Below are positions 60,021-64,000 of a DNA stretch of 64,000 nt, piece by piece. Numbering within the stretch: the stretch's first letter is position 1; each line of letters opens with the position of its first letter. The stretch is from SAR324 cluster bacterium. GTDB lineage: Bacteria > SAR324 > NAC60-12. The position numbers were made by a program, and so were the translations under genes. Location: positions 225-64,224 of the forward strand of contig JACNJW010000024.1 of NCBI GenBank assembly GCA_014382365.1, given 5' to 3'. A model generated the notes under the pieces. The model was not told the origin of the DNA. It searched no databases and saw only the letters and a program-made list of their open reading frames with translations.

Positions 60021-61334
60021 ATGGCATATTTTCCTGAAAATTTTGTCTGGGGTGTTTCTACTTCAAGCTACCAAATTGAAGGTTCCGTGAATGCAGATGG
60101 ACGCGGAAAAACGATTTGGGATACATTTTGTGAGAATCCGCAAAACATCGTTGATCAAAGCAGCGGTGCAGTGGCCTGTGAGCATTATCAGCGTTATCCT
60201 GAAGATATTCGTTTAATGTCGGAACTTGGTGCAAAAGCCTATCGTTTTTCCACTGCCTGGTCCCGCGTTCAACCTGAAGGTTTCGGAAAGGTCAATCAAG
60301 CCGGAATCGATTTTTATAAACGTCTAGTGGATTCTTTGTTGGAGCATAACATTGAACCGTGGCTTTGCCTTAATCACTGGGATTTACCACAAGGATTAGA
60401 AAATCTCGGAGGTTGGCGCAACAGAGAAACTGCTTTCCAATTTGCGGAATATGCAGAAATTATGGGTAGAAATTTTGGAGATCGCATTCCAAATTTCATC
60501 ACACACAATGAACCGAATGTTGTCGCTCTCTTGGGACACGGTTGGGGTAGACATGCACCAGGAATGCAGTCTGCAGCTGCGGTGATGGCCGTAACGCATC
60601 ACCTGAATCTGGCGCATGGACTTGCGGTTTCCAAACTACGTGAAACAGTTCCTGATACAAAGATAGGCACGGTAATCGTCATGCATCCTGTAGTAGACTG
60701 GGAGAATGATCCTGCTGGAAGTGCCAGACTGGATGCGCTCTCAAACCGGGCTTTCACTGATCCGGCATTGCTGGGCACCTATCCGCAATTACTTGAAGCA
60801 GAACTTGCTCCATTTATACAGCAAGGTGATTTGGAGTTAATTCAGCAGCCGCTAGATTTTTTTGGACTGAACCATTACACCACCATGCGAGCCCGTTCTG
60901 CACAGGACACTGCACTGGGAGTGGAAATCCTACAACCTCCAGCGGAAGTTCCACAAACCATCAAAGGTTGGGAAATCAATCCTGAAATGCTTTATCAACA
61001 ACTTCTTGAGCTCAAGAATCGTTACGGGAATCTCCCTGTCTACATTACTGAAAGTGGATGTGCTGCTCCGGACAAACTGGACTCCGAGGGAAAGGTTTCT
61101 GATCCTGAACGTGTTGCGTATTTCCGGGATTATTTACGTGCCGCTGCGCGTGCTCTTGAAGACGGGGTGAATTTGAAAGGCTATTTTGCCTGGTCACTTA
61201 TGGATAATTTTGAATGGGCAGAGGGTTACACCCAACGTTTCGGTATCGTTTATGTGGATTTTGCAACTCAAAAACGAATTCCAAAAGATTCTTTTTATTC
61301 TTTGAAACATATTTTTCAAAATAATTATTTATAA
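60021..61334 (+). CDS. bglA: GH1 beta-glucosidase
   Basis: GH1 signatures FxWGxSTSSYQIEG, ITHNEPNV (acid/base Glu), YITESGCA (nucleophile Glu). Confidence 0.85.
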   Translation: MAYFPENFVWGVSTSSYQIEGSVNADGRGKTIWDTFCENPQNIVDQSSGAVACEHYQRYPEDIRLMSELGAKAYRFSTAWSRVQPEGFGKVNQAGIDFYKRLVDSLLEHNIEPWLCLNHWDLPQGLENLGGWRNRETAFQFAEYAEIMGRNFGDRIPNFITHNEPNVVALLGHGWGRHAPGMQSAAAVMAVTHHLNLAHGLAVSKLRETVPDTKIGTVIVMHPVVDWENDPAGSARLDALSNRAFTDPALLGTYPQLLEAELAPFIQQGDLELIQQPLDFFGLNHYTTMRARSAQDTALGVEILQPPAEVPQTIKGWEINPEMLYQQLLELKNRYGNLPVYITESGCAAPDKLDSEGKVSDPERVAYFRDYLRAAARALEDGVNLKGYFAWSLMDNFEWAEGYTQRFGIVYVDFATQKRIPKDSFYSLKHIFQNNYL

Positions 61335-61463
61335 TTTTCTCATACTAAGGCATTCTAAAGACTACTTGACAGAATCACCTGTATGTGGAGATACTAAGCA
61401 GTATAGTTTTAGTTTTTTCAGATCACTAAACCTTTTAAAATTAGGCGAAAGCAGGAGTAAGAA

Positions 61464-62561
61464 ATGGCAGATGTAAAAATGCAGTCAATCTATAAGCAAT
61501 TTGGTGATACAGAAGTAATTCACGGAGTTGACCTTGAAGTCAAAGACAACGAATTTGTCGTCTTTGTTGGGCCCTCCGGTTGCGGCAAATCAACTCTTCT
61601 GCGTTTGATTGCAGGATTGGAGGACGTAACCAGCGGTGAGATTGAAATCGACGGTACCCAAGTAAATTTTTTGCCGCCCGCTAAGCGTGGGATTGCGATG
61701 GTTTTTCAATCATATGCTCTGTACCCGCACATGAATGTTTACCAAAATATGTCATTTGGTTTGAAACTGGCCAAGACTGACAAACAGATTGTTGATCAAA
61801 AAGTCCGGGAAGCCGCAGAGGTTTTACAGATTACAGAATTACTGGAACGCAAACCGAAGGAACTTTCCGGTGGTCAAAGACAACGAGTTGCCATCGGACG
61901 GGCCATTGTCAGAGATCCAAAGGTTTTTCTTTTCGATGAACCACTTTCAAATCTGGACGCAAAACTCAGAGTTCAAATGCGGATTGAACTGACGAAACTG
62001 CACCGTGAACTGAATGCAACCATGATTTATGTCACTCACGATCAGGTTGAAGCCATGACTATGGCAGACAAAATTGTGGTTCTGCGTGACGGTTATGTGG
62101 AACAAGTCGGTGCACCACTGGACTTGTACCACAACCCAGCAAATTTATTTGTTGCAGGATTTATCGGCTCGCCATCAATGAATTTTATGGATGGAAAAAT
62201 TTCAGGAATTTCTGAAAAAGCTGTTGAATTTGAGATTGACCAAAAACTCAAAATTAAAATCCCCTGCTCACCTGGTGATAATGCTACAACGGGTAACATA
62301 GTTCGTTTTGGAGTGCGACCGGAGCATCTGGAATTGACTGGAGAAGAAAACGCAAAATTACGTGGAGAGGTTTTTGCCGTGGAAAGACTTGGTGGTGAAA
62401 CTTATCTCTATTTGCGGACCGAGGGAGACAAAGAACTAACAGTACATTCGCCTGGTGATAAAATGGTACATGAAGGTGATCAGGTTTCAATCGGGTTCTC
62501 ACCAGACACCTGCCATTTATTTGACAATCAGGGGCAGGTATTTGATAAGTTAGCGGCCTGA
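61464..62561 (+). CDS. ABC sugar transporter ATP-binding protein (MalK/UgpC-like)
   Basis: Walker A GPSGCGKST. Signature LSGGQRQRVA. Walker B FLFDEPLS. C-terminal TOBE/MalK regulatory domain. Confidence 0.85.
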   Translation: MADVKMQSIYKQFGDTEVIHGVDLEVKDNEFVVFVGPSGCGKSTLLRLIAGLEDVTSGEIEIDGTQVNFLPPAKRGIAMVFQSYALYPHMNVYQNMSFGLKLAKTDKQIVDQKVREAAEVLQITELLERKPKELSGGQRQRVAIGRAIVRDPKVFLFDEPLSNLDAKLRVQMRIELTKLHRELNATMIYVTHDQVEAMTMADKIVVLRDGYVEQVGAPLDLYHNPANLFVAGFIGSPSMNFMDGKISGISEKAVEFEIDQKLKIKIPCSPGDNATTGNIVRFGVRPEHLELTGEENAKLRGEVFAVERLGGETYLYLRTEGDKELTVHSPGDKMVHEGDQVSIGFSPDTCHLFDNQGQVFDKLAA

Positions 62562-62574
62562 ATTTTAGTAACTG

Positions 62575-63405
62575 TTAAAAAAACTCCGCTTCTGCGGAAA
62601 CTGCAAGTTGATACTGGTGATCCAGCACACGCAAACTTGCTGAATCGTTACCGCTCTTTTTTCCGGTGAGCATAAAATGATGTGAATCGAAAACCGGCCT
62701 TTTCCCTCTGAAACGGAATTTCTTCAGCTGACGTCCGGATTTGCCTGCAGCAAATAATGAGAGCCAGGTTGCCAACAGAGGACCGTGGATAACAAGTCCG
62801 GGATAGCCCTCAACTTCGGTTGCATAGCTTCTGTCATAGTGGATACGATGACCGTTGAAAGTCAGAGCTGAGTAGCGGAACAGTTGAATTGGATCAGTGT
62901 TCATCTCCTCGATCCACTCTCCTGGTATTTCCCGATCCTTAAGCTCACTCTTCTTTGGTTCAGAATCAGTGTAAACTATTGTACGATTTTCTGTTGCACA
63001 AAGAGTTTCACTAACATGGAACTCACGTAATATATTGACAAAAATCAGCTCACCACTTTCTCCTTGCTTCAAGTTAACATCTGTAATTTTCCAGCTTATC
63101 TTTACCAAATCTCCGACCCGTAAAGGCTGAAAAAACTCATATTCTCCTCCAGCAAACATTCGACGTTTTAAAGGAATCGGTGGCATAAATTCTCCCCGTA
63201 CAGGATGTCCGTCTTCCCCAAGTTGATTTGGCGGTAAGGACGGTTCACCAAGGATTAACAATGCCAGCGGAAAGACCTCTTCTCCTAAAGATAGTGGTTT
63301 AGCATCTAAATTAAGCGTATGCTGAAGTCGTTTAATATTTAATTCTGAGAGCTGCTCCTTAAAAACCTCAGTTTTGCCAATCCATGCATCGTATTCCGTA
63401 TTCAT
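62575..63405 (-). CDS. MaoC/hot-dog-fold (R)-hydratase-like protein, double hot-dog
   Basis: 276 aa. N-terminal FAS1-dehydratase-like segment and C-terminal MaoC-like segment (…LVIHGPLLATWL…). Translationally coupled (ATGA) to the CoA-transferase. Confidence 0.55.
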   Translation of the reverse strand: MNTEYDAWIGKTEVFKEQLSELNIKRLQHTLNLDAKPLSLGEEVFPLALLILGEPSLPPNQLGEDGHPVRGEFMPPIPLKRRMFAGGEYEFFQPLRVGDLVKISWKITDVNLKQGESGELIFVNILREFHVSETLCATENRTIVYTDSEPKKSELKDREIPGEWIEEMNTDPIQLFRYSALTFNGHRIHYDRSYATEVEGYPGLVIHGPLLATWLSLFAAGKSGRQLKKFRFRGKRPVFDSHHFMLTGKKSGNDSASLRVLDHQYQLAVSAEAEFF

Positions 63406-64000
63406 TAATTATTCTCAGAATTATTATAGTATTGCGAAAATTCTTCACGTATTGCGGCACCATGCTGATTCAGGGCAGGGACTTCTCCAAGTGAGTTCTT
63501 TGGAGAATTATCAAATATTGCTGGAGGAGCTGGTATATTAATTCTGACTTCCTGATCCGCAATTTCAACGCGCCGCAGAACAGGATGAGAGGACAGTCCC
63601 TGTAAATCATTTAGCGTTCCAAAGGCAATTTCAAACTTTTTCAATTTTGCTGCTGCATCAGTATGATTCAGTTTTCCAAGTACATCTGCAACGCGTTTAT
63701 CCACACTTGAACGGTTTAATAAGCGGATTGAATTGTCAGGAAATTGTTTTGCAAAACCTGCATCTTTAAGAATTTCCTCACAAAAACGTTTCCATTCCCG
63801 CTCATTCTGAATCGAGAGCAAAAGCGTTTTTCCGTCTGCTGTTTTGAAAGCGCCATAAGGACAAATCGACGGATGAGATAAACCGACCCTTTCCGGAGCT
63901 TTTCCGCCATAATCATACCACAATAAGGGAACAGCCATCCAGTCTGCTAAGGCATCAAAGAGCGAAACCTCAATGTGTTTCCCGCAACCGTTTATGCCTC
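63405..64000 (-). CDS. family III CoA-transferase (CaiB/BaiF), 5' partial (N-terminus beyond window end)
   Basis: Minus-strand frame continues open to position 64000 (…GINGCGKHIEVSLFDALADWMAVPLLWYDYGG…). The C-terminal part looks like a CaiB/BaiF-type CoA-transferase. Confidence 0.6.
   Translation of the reverse strand, partial: GINGCGKHIEVSLFDALADWMAVPLLWYDYGGKAPERVGLSHPSICPYGAFKTADGKTLLLSIQNEREWKRFCEEILKDAGFAKQFPDNSIRLLNRSSVDKRVADVLGKLNHTDAAAKLKKFEIAFGTLNDLQGLSSHPVLRRVEIADQEVRINIPAPPAIFDNSPKNSLGEVPALNQHGAAIREEFSQYYNNSENN

Noticed and set aside
1-64000. CRISPR arrays, integrases/transposases, prophage or genomic-island boundaries
   Set aside because: No direct-repeat/spacer arrays were seen. 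There are no recombinase-like ORFs. The single tRNA has no adjacent integrase. The only tandem repeat (15369-15986) is coding and in-frame.

Overview
This is a gene-dense, AT-rich (~40% GC) bacterial chromosomal window with no obvious mobile elements or CRISPR arrays.

Left to right the window contains:
- 2-oxoacid:ferredoxin oxidoreductase korB (partial) and korA.
- A divergent two-component module (REC-PAS-LuxR regulator, PAS/HisKA_2 kinase, UspA).
- An operon of four secreted proteins that includes a TlpA-like thioredoxin-fold protein.
- An EamA transporter and a rhodanese/3-mercaptopyruvate sulfurtransferase.
- Pyruvate phosphate dikinase, a thioredoxin, an unusual tandem-repeat lipoprotein (54-bp period, about 11 copies), and PEP carboxykinase (ATP).
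- An Xaa-Pro aminopeptidase, IspE, and a lytic transglycosylase.
- A non-canonical flagellar locus (fliL, a fliL paralog, fliN, a FliO carrying a ~190-aa N-terminal extension, fliP, fliQ) that ends abruptly at Lon protease.
- A TauE-family protein, uridine kinase, and a STAS-like/TM/ankyrin protein.
- A four-gene cluster of uncharacterised envelope proteins at 32000-37544. It comprises a probable OM beta-barrel, a lipoprotein with an internally duplicated domain, a periplasmic protein ending in the same TPR-like terminus, and an inner-membrane protein whose ~400-aa cytoplasmic part resembles the FliG rotor middle and C-terminal domains. This is the most interesting candidate for an undescribed trans-envelope machine.
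- A GT9 heptosyltransferase, PmbA/TldD, and tRNA-Arg(CCT).
- A complete alternative complex III operon actABCDEF.
- A probable OMP, an MFS transporter, and a SohB protease.
- A beta-glucoside/alpha-glucoside sugar-utilisation locus (GH13, two ABC permeases, a flavodoxin-like quinone reductase, a DUF1059 protein, a substrate-binding protein, a LacI regulator, GH1, an ABC ATPase).
- A MaoC hydratase and a family-III CoA-transferase (partial).

Gene content (ACIII, KorAB, PPDK, PEPCK, flagella, glycoside hydrolases) would fit an Ignavibacteria/Bacteroidota-Chlorobi-group-like facultative anaerobe, but that is inference only.
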